From: Octopus vulgaris
Taxonomy: Eukaryota
Length of the DNA stretch: 124,000 nucleotides
Direction: 5' to 3'
NCBI GenBank assembly: GCA_951406725.2
Contig: OX597817.1
Coordinates: 117,820,001-117,944,000 of the forward strand
In this document: positions 29,185 through 43,763 of the stretch, in pieces
Numbering within the stretch: the first letter of the stretch is position 1
Layout of the letters: each line of letters starts with the position of its first letter
The notes under the pieces: generated by a model
The model's input: only the letters and a program-made list of their open reading frames with translations
What the model was told of the DNA's origin: nothing
The model's database searches: none
Position numbers and translations under genes: made by a program

Positions 29185-29400
29185 CGTGAAGTATATTTGC
29201 CAGGTATGTGGCTAACCCTTAAAGGTGGATGCTAGTTGTAGCTCCAGTAAAACACCTCCAGTTGGCAACTGACACACCTTCGGTGCCCCTAAGACAGTGT
29301 GCCAATAGCCAGCTGGAGGGGGTGTCTTCTTGGGGCTACAAGCTACAGGGTCATCCACCCTTAAGTGTTAGCCATATTTCAGTGGCAATTACACTTCACG
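29185..29400. mobile_element. Short MITE-like palindromic element
   Basis: CGTGAAGTATATTTGCC...GGCAATTACACTTCACG with ~85-bp imperfect arms. Confidence 0.7.
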
Positions 29401-29565
29401 GTCTCGTGCAGCTGTTTGAACATCTAGATACCTGTGCAAATGGGAAATTTAAAATATTAAAATTTTACAAAAATGAAAACTATAAAAAGTTCCAACTACG
29501 AAAGATAAAAGAAGAATACTTTATAAGAATTCTAAATTCGAAATTAAACACGAAATATCTAATAC
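29400..29565 (+). mobile_element. PLE GIY-YIG C-terminal fragment
   Basis: HLDTCANGKFKILKFY...RKIKEEYFIRILNSKLN parallels the family A C-terminus (HIDSCA...FPFY...KENLFI...LN). Confidence 0.6.
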
Positions 29566-29569
29566 TGCA

Positions 29570-29815
29570 TTTTATTACCAAATTCGTAATATGCACTTGA
29601 AAAGATGCATCACTGCAATTCCTCCCGAGCCAGTGTACCCTATTTGTATGTCGTTCAGTTTTAAGTGCTGGTAGCACAGTACTTGGAATTTTCCTGCATT
29701 AAACTGCATGTTGTTGTACTCAGCCCTCTTGTATATTGCCTCCAAATCCCGTTGCAGATGTTCAATATTTCCAGGATTTTGTATTTTCTGAGACTTTTGT
29801 GTCATCTGCATACCG
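29570..29815 (-). mobile_element. CR1/L2-like LINE RT fragment
   Basis: ADDTK...HLQRDLEAIYKRAEYNNMQFNAGKFQVL. Confidence 0.8.
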
Positions 29816-30469
29816 ATTTATATTGTTAATAGATAATAATATCAAATATTCTCCGTACAGAATGCTTGTAAAAATCCCTAGGTTGGATTGGGTTAATCTT
29901 TCTAGACGTACCTAAGAATTGCTTATCCATGAATGTTATCTATAAGTAGTGCTCAACCGAATAAATGGTATATTGTTCATAGATGAGGTTCAAATATTCA
30001 CCGTATAGAATACACTTCGTAGCGCTCAAGACAGTATAGTTTGTATATTGACCTGCCTAAATTGCTTATCCTTACATTTACCTCTATATGTGTGTGTGTG
30101 TATGTGTGTTTTCGGGTGCGTGTGAGAAACTTGTTATATGACATTTTCCTATCACAAATAAACAAGCAAAATACATCATTCCTTTAGTATTATACTGTAT
30201 AACAGTCTGTAGACTGCCGCCATGTTGCAAGTCTTCTGCGAAAGTCGCTGTTGATCACATCGACATTTGCTAACTTTCAGTCTAGTTCTATCGGGGTTTT
30301 TTCTATCGAAGCACTGAGTTGCGGGAACATGAATAGAAAAAATATCACCTGGTAACAGTAGAAGACAAACTCATAAATGTAACCGTCTTGCACAGGAACA
30401 CACATGTAAATGCATATATTCACACATATGTATGTATGCCATTGTTCAGTTTTATTTCAAGACATTTTT

Positions 30470-30800
30470 GCCAATAGAGAAACAGCCGGTTTCTAACCTC
30501 GATTCAAGGCACCTTCAACGGAATTTCAACATCAACAACAGGGTGTACGTAAGTGAGCTACACAATCAGACAGAAATACACGATACTACGCACAGGTTTA
30601 CATTTACTTATTAAACTTGCTTCCTTCTGACCCACTTGAAATCACTCCAGCTTACGTTCAATTTCAAACTACATAAACAAATTTCCTTTTTGTCTCCTCT
30701 CCTTAACAGGCTTTCCTTTTTGATAGTCTGACGATGAGACTTGTCCCGAAATATCACTCACTGTCCGTACAACACACTTCATTTTCTCTCAATATTGATA
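30470..30800 (+). mobile_element. Decayed PLE 3' end with pLTR
   Basis: KQPVS... and FTIKLASF*PT*N resemble the Neptune-type C-terminus. Followed by a hammerhead motif at 30725-30758. Confidence 0.55.
30725..30758 (+). ncRNA. Minimal hammerhead-like motif, C3-G8
   Basis: AGU-CUGACGA-U-GAGAC(UU)GUCCC-GAAA-UA-UC-ACU. Confidence 0.6.
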
Positions 30801-31370
30801 AATATATTTTGTTGTGATTAAAATTTACGTTGTATCATTCTTGTCATTATGTTGAGCATACCGCAAATACATCCATGCTTATGCGTAGGTTGACTTTTAT
30901 AGACTCACATACACACAACACACACACACACACACACACACATACACACACGCACACTCACATAATGTACGTATGCATAATGTGTATGTATTAGTGGGAA
31001 TTTAAATAAAGCACATTATCGTGCGGTTGCGCGCATGTTTCTGAAGCCAGAATACTGATAGAAATAATGTACTTTGATAAAATGCGTAACAAAGAATATA
31101 CTATAAAAGTTTGACCGCAATTACTAATTAGTTATTCATAGAAATAAAGAAATATATACATTTTTATAATGTTTTAATAATAATTATAATGGCATCAGTG
31201 AACTAGAAGAAAGAAAGGAAAATGAGAAGTAATAGAGATCACAGATTTTGCTTATTAACGACATTAATACCCGCACACCTACAGCTTACTATTTCCTGCA
31301 CACTTCCTTAGATCTTCATGAACTCACATATGATATTATATAGAAGTAGTTTACAACAAAGATTGGAAGA

Positions 31371-31441
<71 letters not shown>

Positions 31442-31703
31442 ATATATATATATATACGTGAAATAATGAATATACATAAAGAGAGGTATGTACACACACC
31501 ACGACGTAAACACGCACATACGAGCATACATTCTTATTAAGATACGCAGACGTATAATTATTACTTTACAGACCTGTTCACATATTTGCAAACATTTAAG
31601 CGTAGACACAAAATATGCACCTTTCGTTTTCATTTCTTTCTTTTTCTCTCAGTCTCACTGTGTACACACACATATATATATATGTATATATATATATACA
31701 CGC

Positions 31704-31816
<113 letters not shown>

Positions 31817-32861
31817 TGGCGTCTATATTTCATACATGTTACAGTGCTTCATTAAATATGTATATGTATGATATTTCTGTGTATGCGTGTCTATTTTAAA
31901 TATATGTTACCTCTGAACATAATATTGCAGCATTAGTTAAAAGCTTATTGCTCGGAGCCGTTCTTTGTAAATAAAACGCAACAGTCTAGCAACACGTTGT
32001 GTATATGTGCATGCATAATAGCGCGCCTAGATTCTACTTTTGTTTCATTAACTCACGTATTTATTCATATATATTCACATACAGGATGTGCATATGTGCA
32101 ATAGTCGTATTTCGCAGCATACACACACATACACACACATGCACACAAACATACACATTTAAGTATATATACATATATATCAATTTGTGTGGAAATATAT
32201 ATATATATATATATATATACGTATTTGTGTTTGTGTTTGTGTGTGCACATTCGAAAAGAGCATTTAGTACATGATGCAAAGTTTTATTTTTGCATTAACA
32301 ATTCATTATTCACTCTCTTACTGGAATATTTACACGTAGAAATTGTTCACATAATTAACCAAGCAATGTCTGAAGAATGCAGTTTTTTAAACAACGCATT
32401 AGTTATGTCGATTCTTGTCGTTCAAAGAGTTTGGCGAATCGAAAGTTCAAAATCTGCCTCAGTTACTTAAATATCATGCAGATTACTCATGCTTACTGCT
32501 TTCAATGTATCTTCACGCTGTTTTAATACCTAGAATTCTCTATCAAATTTTGGGTATCGTCTTTTATTGAAATTTCATTTAGCATTATCAACAATTTTTC
32601 GTGATTACGGAAGAGGATCATTCAGAGTCTACGGATAAATTCCTAGAGTATATCTGTATTTTTTCAAACGTCCATCTCAGCCAAATTAATATTTCAATTC
32701 ATTCTTCCCCTTTTCGTGATGTTGGGTTTTGTTTGGCTCCATGAGACATGTCGTAAATAATATAAATTACTTGGATAATATTACTTGAGGCTGTCACAAA
32801 GTTTCAGCATTCAGATGACGTCTGGATTAATGAGCATATGGGCAAATTGCCATTAAGAATG

Positions 32862-32924
<63 letters not shown>

Positions 32925-35900
32925 AATATATAAATACAAACATGCATACATGCATATATACATGCATAAATATATATATATGTCTACATATATACAGACA
33001 TGAATATATATTTGTGTTTGTATGTATATACATCGTCTTCGACGACAAATTACATCATACATACATGTATGCATTAAGTGTCTGTCTTTCTATCTATCTG
33101 TCTATCTATCTATGTATCTATCCATCTATTTATGCAGGCATAGTGGAATCTGCCGTCCAAGTCGACGGATGAGTGTTTAGTTTTTGCTGAGTGACCTGCA
33201 CAAATGTATTCTAAGAATATCTATGTATATATTAGCTCACTCCTTCCTTCAATTCGTTGTTGCTTGAACAGGTGCACGGTATATTATACGCCAGGTGTGA
33301 AAGTGATCGCAGAGCAAGGTGAGAAAAAAATTTCCCCAAGAATACAACGCACTACCAGGTTCAAGAATTGAAATGACGATCTCACGCTCGAGAGCTGAAC
33401 ACCCTAACAAATTACACATTCGCCCTCATATCCACGTCACTGTATCATACTAAATGTGCACATACCGTTAGAATGCAATTTGCCATGGAAATATGTGAAA
33501 TTAAACCTCTTCATAGATCTGTGTTAAGTCATGATATACCGGAGTATGAAGAAAATTGAATCACGAGAACGAGCGATACATTTCGCCATTCGTGGGGTTT
33601 GTGAAAGCGGTGCACTCGATTTCCAGCTGCTTGAACACATCCCCCGATGGCTTAGAGCCCTTGGGTGCAATTGTTTGAAATTTTGTACAAATGGAATCTA
33701 ATATAGGAACATTTGTTTGGACTATTTTTTCACGCTTGTACCACTAGCACTAATCTATATGCTTGGAGTCACTGGATTTTAATCCGAAACTCCCTAGTCA
33801 CAACTGTATAATATTTAGAATGTCTTGTTAAGCAGATTTCCATCTATCCTCCAAACTTAACGAAATATTTAGCCTGAAACTTTACAATCAACATGAAGTA
33901 CATGTAAATTAAAATGAAGTACATGTAAATAAAGGGCTTCGAAGATTTTTGTTACACTCCCTGTAAAATCACTAGAAATTGAACTAGTATTTTGAAACAT
34001 AAGTTATAGTAATATAGAAGTTATCAATTAGTCTAAAATGTCTTTCTTTTTCCTCAACAATATACTTTCTAAAAATTCTATCGATGATCTTTTTAGACAG
34101 TATCGGGCTTTCTGCTGGATATATCATTCGTGTTACATATCGATGAAAGAATGAGTAAAATCTCAAATAGAGATCAGAACGGCGACAATAGATTTACTAT
34201 TACAAACAATATTTGGAGGAGTTGAAGCAGTTTTAGAAATATCTCCATCTGTTACATTACTGAATTTCGAATTAGCATAAAAAGAAACACGAATAAAAGT
34301 ATTGTCTACATTTTAGATGCCATCTGACATATAGCATTTGTATTTTCTAGGCCATCTAAAAATCCCAAGGTGGTGCATATGTACATCAAACATAAATTAA
34401 CACAGCACTCTTATGATTATCATGGAATGGATTAACGATGAAAATATGCGAATAAATTGGTATCTTTTGAAAGACGTAACATTCAATAGAGTAGCCATTT
34501 ACTCCAATGTGGTATTAGAAATTTCAGTTAAATACAATTCTGTTTTCATAATTACTATTGTGCTATTATGATAAATAAATAAACACAATATATTGTATCT
34601 TATCGATCTATCCGTTATAATGTCAAATTTGTTATTGATGAAACTTCCCCGAATTTAATCCCAAATTTTTACCTTGGTGACGGAAGTCTACGGAAGCTAA
34701 AGAAGCACCAAGACTTTGAAGAAACGAAGTTCTTTCCTTAACTTAAGTAACAATCGGAATAAGTAACATTCCTAAACAGTGACTAAGCCGAAACCATACC
34801 CTTATCAAAAATATTGAAGAGGCAAGGTCGATAAAATGTAAGATATTGTGTATATCTATAATGTTGATAGCACATTAGTATGAAACAGAATTCTTTAAAA
34901 CTGAAAACCACCTTGGTGTAAATCGCTACTCTATCGAAAGTTACCTTTTTCGAAACTCTACCTCTTAACAACAGCACGGCAACTATCTATCCTCAGCCGT
35001 TAATCATCCAAAGGATAAGTCTGATATCCATACATTTTAGAACAACTAAATTACGACACATACACTTCAGAAGCAATTGATTGTTCGCCAAGCTTTTATC
35101 TTATGCTACAAAATATATGCGAACCTATGAGAGTCTCCAGTCGAGTAAATATTTACGTTTAAATGAGCAAGTTGAATAAGAACACTTTCAACTCGCGTTT
35201 GCAACTCCAGGAGGAGCAGAGTAGTTTTAAAATTCCATAGTATATTTAGCACAAACCAATGAATAAAATTGCAGATGTTTGCGTAATATCTTTAGTTAGG
35301 AAAAAACTCAATACTGCCCAAAGCAGTAAGTTTGAAAGAACATATGTGATTTTATATTCAGTATCATTATGAGAATTTAAATAAAATTCTTAATTATAAC
35401 ACCCACCCAACAATAATCCAATCGGTAGTTGTTTTGTATTTTTGTTTGTTCTTTGTGTGTTTTGAGTTTGTTTTGTTTTATTGTTTTTCAGTTTCTCATT
35501 TGTGGTTTAGAAAATCAGACGCTGACTGTAGCCAACAAGATTCCAGCAACAATCCCACAAAAAATTAGTGACATATTTCGAAATTTCTTGAGCTCTTAGC
35601 AGTAAAAAAATTTGTGAGGTATTTTTCCTGTATATGAGAATCTATGTGAAAAAAGAATTGAGATTATATAAACATTAAATTTACTTGTGCCACATATTAA
35701 ATTCACTTAATATTTCTTAACTACTTTTGTAAGTGTCTATTCCTAAAAGTCCGGGTGTTTTATATATACAAGGAATCACGCACACGCTCTCCTCCCAAAA
35801 TACACATATGCACATACAAACATATTTATGTACGTGTGTGTTGTGCGCACGTGTACATATCTACTTCACCATTTCTCTCTCTCTCTCTCTCGATATATAT

Positions 35901-36163
35901 ATATATATATAATATACATATATACATACATTCATACATACATACATACATACATACATACATACATACATACATACATACATACATACATACGTATAAA
36001 AGCAACTGAATTAGTGCTAAGTGGAGTTTTTCGCTAAAACATTTAATCCGTACGATATAGATATCTGCTTAGCAGATATTTTTGTGACCTGTTTTTATTT
36101 CCAATCGTTTTTATATCTGAATCAAGATTTTCATTTGTACACACACAGATATACATGAATACC

Positions 36164-36206
<43 letters not shown>

Positions 36207-36243
36207 GTATATAAATATGTATGTTTGTATATATATATGTGCG

Positions 36244-36274
<31 letters not shown>

Positions 36275-36312
36275 GTATATATATATATGCGTATACATAC
36301 ATACACACACAC

Positions 36313-36360
<48 letters not shown>

Positions 36361-36685
36361 AAGTGAGTGCGATAGAGAGAGAGAGATGGCTATATAAATA
36401 TGTGTAAATTCAAATTGGCTCGGGTTAGAAAGACTAACTGCATAGCCTGTCAGACACCGTTATAGAGCGAAAGTCGATCGTATTACACAAAGTACATTTT
36501 GAAGTCCCTGAATATTCGTAGACTATATATACAAAAATAAACGAAAAAAAAATCGTACTAACGTTGCAGTATTTCAAAGCAAAGGCAAAAGATATAACTC
36601 AACTCTAACCAACCTAATATGGACACTCACGGAAAAGACAATGCAACACAGCTACTGGTCTCTGATAAAGATTGCGCACCGCACA

Positions 36686-36732
<47 letters not shown>

Positions 36733-37685
36733 CAGACAAATATATATAAAGATATAGAGAGATGGACAGGGTGATAGATAGATAAACGCATATATATATA
36801 TATATATATGCATATGTATGTGCATGTAAATAAATATGAATGGATATGCACTTCGTCAAATTATTTGATTATGGAATGCTCATCGTTGTATCAGACGCCC
36901 TCTCTATTCGCTGATGGGACTATATTTTCACACGTTCCATTATACATCGTAATTTTTACACGCTGCCTGTGTAAAGAATATCATCTCACAGAAAACCACA
37001 CTATATTGCCTTCAACGAAGCTTATACGTGAATTATGACGTATAGATGTGCATTTTAGTCTAATATTGCTACAACTGATGGCTATTACAATGTGATACTG
37101 CTTCAAGTTTATTAAACTGTAGATATATATGATCGATTTCTGCTGACACTTTATTTAAAGTTCTATACATCGCCATTTCGTATTCGCTACAAAATCTGAG
37201 CAGAATGTATGTGCCGAATGGATTCACACAAAATACTTTGTGGTATTTGTCCCAACGGTATACCTCTTTTGCTCTAATCCTTACAAGGATGAGTTTGCCT
37301 TTCAAACCACCAGAAAAGGCAAAATATAGCACCAGCCAAGTAGTGATTGCGTTATAGTCGATTAACTCCTCTTCCAGCCCATTCCACTCCTGCCCTCCTC
37401 TAAGTTATGCTCTGTTGTTCCTGTTGTAAGAAATTTAAAAAATAAGTTACACCCGTATACTGATAACATAGCCAAATAAATTTACCTTCTCTAACATATA
37501 TCATATAACTATGTATATGAATTTATGTGTAATTATTTGTGCTTGAGTTCTCAGTTTCTGATAGGATATATCGCCATTTTTAAATATGTGCATCAACATA
37601 GAGTATATATAAACGTAACAAAATATTTTTTTTTAATTTATCATGTAGCTGAATTTCAATAAGCTATTTGAAAAGACAAATGTCA

Positions 37686-38570
37686 TCCTTAATTCCGATT
37701 TTCATACATTCATTAATTAGCGCTCGACGGATTTTGTAAACTTGCTCATTTAATTTCTTTCCCTCCTTATATAATACGTACTGAGATCTCATCACATTCT
37801 GTCTCTATTTAACATCCTGTTTTTTTTTTTTTACTTCATATGTAGCTAACCTAATCTCTGTAGCTCGAAAATAATTGTCATCGAAAGATGACCATCAGTA
37901 ATATAATACTTAGGAAAAATGTATAAAATAAATTACTGAATCTGATTGTGACGCTCAATGATGCTTATTGCACCCACATCCAAAGAGAGAGTATAAAGAA
38001 GGTATTAGTATTCTTATTATTATTATTATCGCCATTATTTTATTATTATTATATTGCATTATTATTATTATTAGTATTATATTATTATTATTACGTAACA
38101 TTTTTATAGCGTTTTTTCACTACCGAGCGCAGCTTTATCATGTATGTGCTGATTTGTTTGATGCTCTGATGGATATTGTATGGAAAGTGACGTAGGAATG
38201 TGCAGTGCCTTAATTCCGATTTTTATTCATTCAGTAATTAGTCCTCGACGGATTTTGTATGTATTTGTCTGAATTTTTTTTATCCTCCTTATGCATATAA
38301 TACGTACTTAGATCTCAGGTTCACATTCTGTCTCTATTTAACATCCTTTGTTTTTTACTTCATATGTAGCTAACCTAATCTCTAGCTCGAAAATAATTGT
38401 CATGGAAAGATGACCATCAGTAATGATAATACTTAGGAAAAAATGTATAAAATAAATTACTGAAACTGATTGTGACGCTCAATGATGCTTATTGCACCCA
38501 CATCCAAAGAGAAGGTATAAAGAAGGTATTATTATTGTTATTATTATTATTATTATTATCATTATTATTA
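37686..38570 (+). repeat. Direct duplication, period about 520 bp
   Basis: 37686-38075 is similar to 38206-38570. Confidence 0.88.
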
Positions 38571-39952
38571 ATTTGTACAAGAGAATGCAGTATTCCACAA
38601 ACAAGATAATTAAAATCATTCGCATAAAGTAAGGACACTTGAAATAAGAAGGGATATCAATAGTACTTTGCAAATCGTAAGAAATTCATCCATATGTATT
38701 GGTAACAGACAATTCGGTTAAATATTCTTGAGTATAATTTGAAATATTCAGTCGGGCGTACTGAAATCTAGCATGTTTACTTCTACAGCAAAGAGCATAT
38801 TTTATTCATGAGTTACGTTTCACATTATGTGTATTGAACCCTAAATCTGAACAATGCTTAGCAATCATGCATGCATATTTCAGCCATTACATATACATTT
38901 GATCAAATATACATATGAATTAAAATAAAATAGAATTGTAGACACAAACAGTCAATATAAATATTATATTGTATAGAAAATACTATTTAAATTAATTTCT
39001 TTGAGATTGTAATAGATATTGAACTACAATTGACCAATGGAACTGTGGAATTGGAACTTCATGTTGATTATATTTTTTGGCTGAGTGAATTCAAATCACA
39101 TTTACAGATACATGTCCTACATTGAGATCTACATTTTATGTATCTTCGCTGAGAATTCTATTACGTAAAAGAGAATTAGATTTATTAGCATAATAATTAT
39201 AATATAATTGACAGAGATAGGATTTAGTGAATATATCTTGATTAAAGTAACGCAAATAAAGTCACCAACATTAACCATCGTCGATCTAAGACTTCATTAA
39301 GTCATAATAGTGTATGCTACACGAAAACACCAATGCATTGAACACGGTTTCTAGTAGAACTTATCTTCCACCAATAGTATATAGACGAATGTTAATTGCT
39401 CCACTTTAATTACACATATTTTTCTGTATTGTAGCCATAGTTAATATAACGCTGATTTCTTTGATCGTAGTTGATAAATAGTTTGATTTTATTTAACATA
39501 TAATAATTAAGAGGATGACTAGTAATTTGCCTTTGAAAATAGTCGCATCTATTAGTATCTCATGATTTCTTTTGATTATAATTTAGTATCTGGGAAGTTA
39601 AATATTAAGCATCTAACACGCCGTGCTATGTATCTCAATAAGATCATTGGTGGTTAATAAGATTGTAATTTTCCGGACCATTAACCTCATCATTAGAGTT
39701 TATATTTACAACAACTTCAGCTACACGTTTGACCAGTTTTGATATTCAGTGTCACCTTGTGTCATATCAATGGATGAGTACATGCGACAGTAGCCTTGTG
39801 GAAGAGAAAACTATATCCAGATACTAAACATAACATTCTATACTTCTAGTCCACGCCGAGAATATTAAAGCTGCTGGCAATCGGATATTAATTAGGAAAT
39901 TAGTAGTTCAAATACATAATGCATGATATATACATATACATATACTTATGGT

Positions 39953-39976
39953 AATAATAACAACAACAATTGTAAC

Positions 39977-40049
<73 letters not shown>

Positions 40050-40057
40050 TAACAATG

Positions 40058-40136
<79 letters not shown>

Positions 40137-40145
40137 TAATAACAA
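39953..40145. repeat. (AAT)n microsatellite
   Basis: Directly visible. Confidence 0.97.
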
Positions 40146-40639
40146 TATGAGAGCTCTACACTTAATAAAAACATGGATGTGCTACGCCGGCCTATCCATT
40201 CAAGAACAAATCTAATATAATAACATCAGCGAAATGGGATCAAGGAAGCTGTGGAAGACTTGAAGGCGATTGTCTTTTAACGAGAATAATCACAAAAACG
40301 ATTATTCTCATATGCACGATGTCCCTGTGAAACATGTGCAAAATGCACACGCGAAATCAACACCGGATTGTTTGCAAATTATAATATAAATGTGACAAAA
40401 TAGTAAGTACATAAATTGAGTAATTATGCATACACTCGAATGTCTACACAATCATATATACATTTTAATACCCATAGGACCACGTATACATTTCAACGTT
40501 TACACAACTACGTGAAATTTACTGGACACGCAAACACACATTTGAAAACACGTATCACAAACAAAACAAAATAAAACAAAACACAAAACAAAGCAATTTC
40601 TTTATTCTTTCGAACTCACACACAGAGTGCGAACAAATC

Positions 40640-42548
40640 ATTAGTTTAAAAACAACAGAAAAAACTATGCCCGGAAATGAATCTATCAACAAAAAATACA
40701 GTCGAATACAGGTCTGTTAGCCTTAACAAGCTACGTTTACATGCAGAGAACTCGGAGGCGGTGTTGTGTCAAAACATTAACCCTAAAAAGACAGATCCTT
40801 CTCCTAAAGTTAACGTACAAGCTCGGCATGCTTCATTTAAAAATTACAATGCGGATTTGTCATCAGCCGGAACACCAAAGATCGCGTAATCGAATGTTGA
40901 ACGAGATTGGAACGTCAGTTATTGGTTCAAATTTTCCCAGAACAAGGACCTGGAAGTATTCGACAACAAGAATATTCAAACAAATGGCCATCCATACTCG
41001 TCATCAAATAACTGAAAGAAAAAAAATGAAACATGGTCTATTGGAGATAATAAAGAAGTTCTTACGGCTTTCTATCATGACTTATATTTCCCCAACAAAT
41101 ACATTTAATATTGTACAAACTTACTTAGACTGGAGACAGAAACACATTGAAGTAAGCCCCTACAAAGACAGTAACAAACGTGCCAACGTCAGAAGAAACA
41201 TGATGTAAAAAGAATTACTAAATAAATTAGAGATTGACCAAATTAAACAATCAGTAAGGGATCAACGGAACGAAACTTTATCTAAAGAAGATAGTGCAGA
41301 GGAAATAATCATAGACCAGCCCAGGGCTGATGAAAATGCAATAATGACTGAAAGAGTTAATGTAACTGATAAGCGAAGTGAAGTACACTCTGAAACAACC
41401 ATATATACTAAAGCAGATGAAAATCAAAGAAATGAAGAAAGTCACACAGAAATTCACACAACAGGACTACATGATCTAAAAATTCAAATCATGATTAAAT
41501 GGCTGAAAATTAAAGAAACCAATATGAATGGTAAAATCCGCCTTGCACTTAAGGATATATGTACTATGCATCCGCGAAAATCGCAACGATTCTATGTGGT
41601 AGACAAAACATCTACTTGGCTGGAGCGAATTGAACATCAAATTCAACTACTTAAGTATGACATAGGATGTTTAAAAAACCTTAAGTTTTACAAGACAATC
41701 AAACCAACAAAAATTCAAACATTATAGGAAAATATAAAATAGAAACCATATTTGTCATCGAAGCCACCATAGAAATGATCAAACAATGTGTGCTAAAGCT
41801 GCCCGCATAGCAATGTATGAAAAGCGCATTAGATTCGTCAAGGACAACATATTAAAACATAACCCAAAACATTTTTGCAGGAAGATAGGGAAAATACCAA
41901 TTACAGTAGAGTCTGTCCCATCAAAAGAAGAGGTGCAGGAATTTTGGTATAAAATTTGGGCAGAAGAAAAAACACAATCAAAGGGCCCCGTGGATTGATA
42001 CAATATCTACAGATTTAGATTCCTTAGAAGAGCAGATGTGGTAGTGGTGGTGGTGGGGTATCAAGTTAGAGAACGTAAGAACTGCTCTCGGGACGTCAAG
42101 CAAATGGAAGTCTCCAGGAGAGGATAAAATTCCTAACTTGTGGCTGAATGACTTCCCAGAGAGCCATGAACTGCTATAAAAACTGTACAACAATGTTTTG
42201 TAACAATATAGTATGATTCCCTCTTCGTTAGTTAATGGTGTAACATTCCTACTGCCAAAAAAGGAAGAAACAAACGAACCAAAAAATTAGAGGCATAACC
42301 TGCTTAACAACAATGTATAAAATGCTAACATTTGTGTTGACTGAATATACCTTTAGCTTTTTGATTTTAAATTAAAATATACCCTAATGTGTTAGAAAAG
42401 GATGTAAACTTATGTAAACTCAAGACAGAGCTGAATACAAGAAACAGGATCGAGGCGATCAGTATTGTAGCCATACCAGTCGTGACTTACAGTTTCAATA
42501 TCATTAAGTGGTCAAATACTGAAATATGTAATCTTGACAGAAAAATAA
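40640..42548 (+). mobile_element. Decayed R4/Dong-like LINE, N-terminal region plus RT start
   Basis: VPSKEEVQEFWYKIW, KSPGEDKIPNLWL, ELNTRNRIEAI..AIPVVTYSF..IKW. Downstream of a long (AAT)n. Confidence 0.75.
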
Positions 42549-42815
42549 ACTGATGATGATGAGGAGGAGGAGGAGGAGGGGGACGACGAGGGGGAAGACG
42601 GGTGGGAGGAGGGGAAGATGGTGATGAGCAGGAGGAGGTGGAGGAGGTGGAAGAGGAGGAGGAGGACGATGATGATATATAGTAACGAATTTATTGACTG
42701 GATATCTTGCAGATTTTCTTTTGAATACCTATAGCTCATAACGTGCACTGAAACACAATCGCGATTATTTTATAAAACGTTATTTACAGTACATAATTAT
42801 AAATAAATACTATTT

Positions 42816-43763
42816 TATTGTGTTGGCCAAATTGTTTGTTCGTTTTGTGCTGACCGTAAAATTCAAGGCCTCTGACATATAGCTAACGTCAACATGCCCC
42901 TTGCGAATGCGAAACCGTTTGATACTTGACACTGCAACGTAGTTCGACACTAAGTTTTTATAATTCAAATCGAAGTTTGTATGATTCAGATCACCCTGGA
43001 AACGATGAACCAAAAGCAACATTATCGACTCCACACGCTTTTATATTTTAAAATGCAAAAAACCAGCAGGAATCTAAAAGAGGATATGTGCTGTGTAAGG
43101 AGGAGATCCGGTTGCGGAAAGCGTGTGCCAGAACATGTTGTCCAGATTACAGGTGGGGAAATATTTCGGCTGAAGATACACCTCGCTCTGACCGGTTAAG
43201 TGAAATTAACTGTGACATCAATATCTCTTATACGACCAGGAATATAGCAAATGTTTCCCACATATTCAGAGGTGTATTTGAAAGCCATTTCCATCTACTT
43301 AGTTACTTCAGAAGACTCGGTGTTTTGATTGCGCATGAGCTGAATGAGGCTAAGCTTGACCAATGGATTTTCATCTAACGTTCGTAGCAGAAATGTAAAG
43401 AAAAGGAACTTTTTTGAAAACTACTGTAACAGGAGACGAAAAATTGATCACCTAACAACGTGAAGTGCAATGCACAATTGATTAAGGGAGAAGTGCGGGG
43501 AACCATTAAAAAAATTCTGCAAAGCTCCAAGAAGGCTTTCATTCGGAAGGATGGTTTCAACAATTTAAGAGTTATTTCCTCCACGGATATGATCTCTAAT
43601 TTGTATCTGTAGACACTAACTGGACAAATTAAACGCAGTGATCCACTAGAAGCTTGTAACGCTTGCTAATCATTCATCACGACAAGAGCGAGGCGCGGAT
43701 TTCTTTGTAGATGTGGCAGAAGTTACTTCAGCTTGGCTGAGAACTTTTGCCGCAACTTCCATA
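42816..43763 (+). mobile_element. Mariner transposon remnant
   Basis: MNQKQHYRLHTLLYF and GNISAEDTPRSDR (HTH region). TIR-like ends. Confidence 0.75.

Noticed and set aside
32280-32660. Possible LINE RT N-terminal remnant on the minus strand
   Set aside because: Many stops and only vague similarity.
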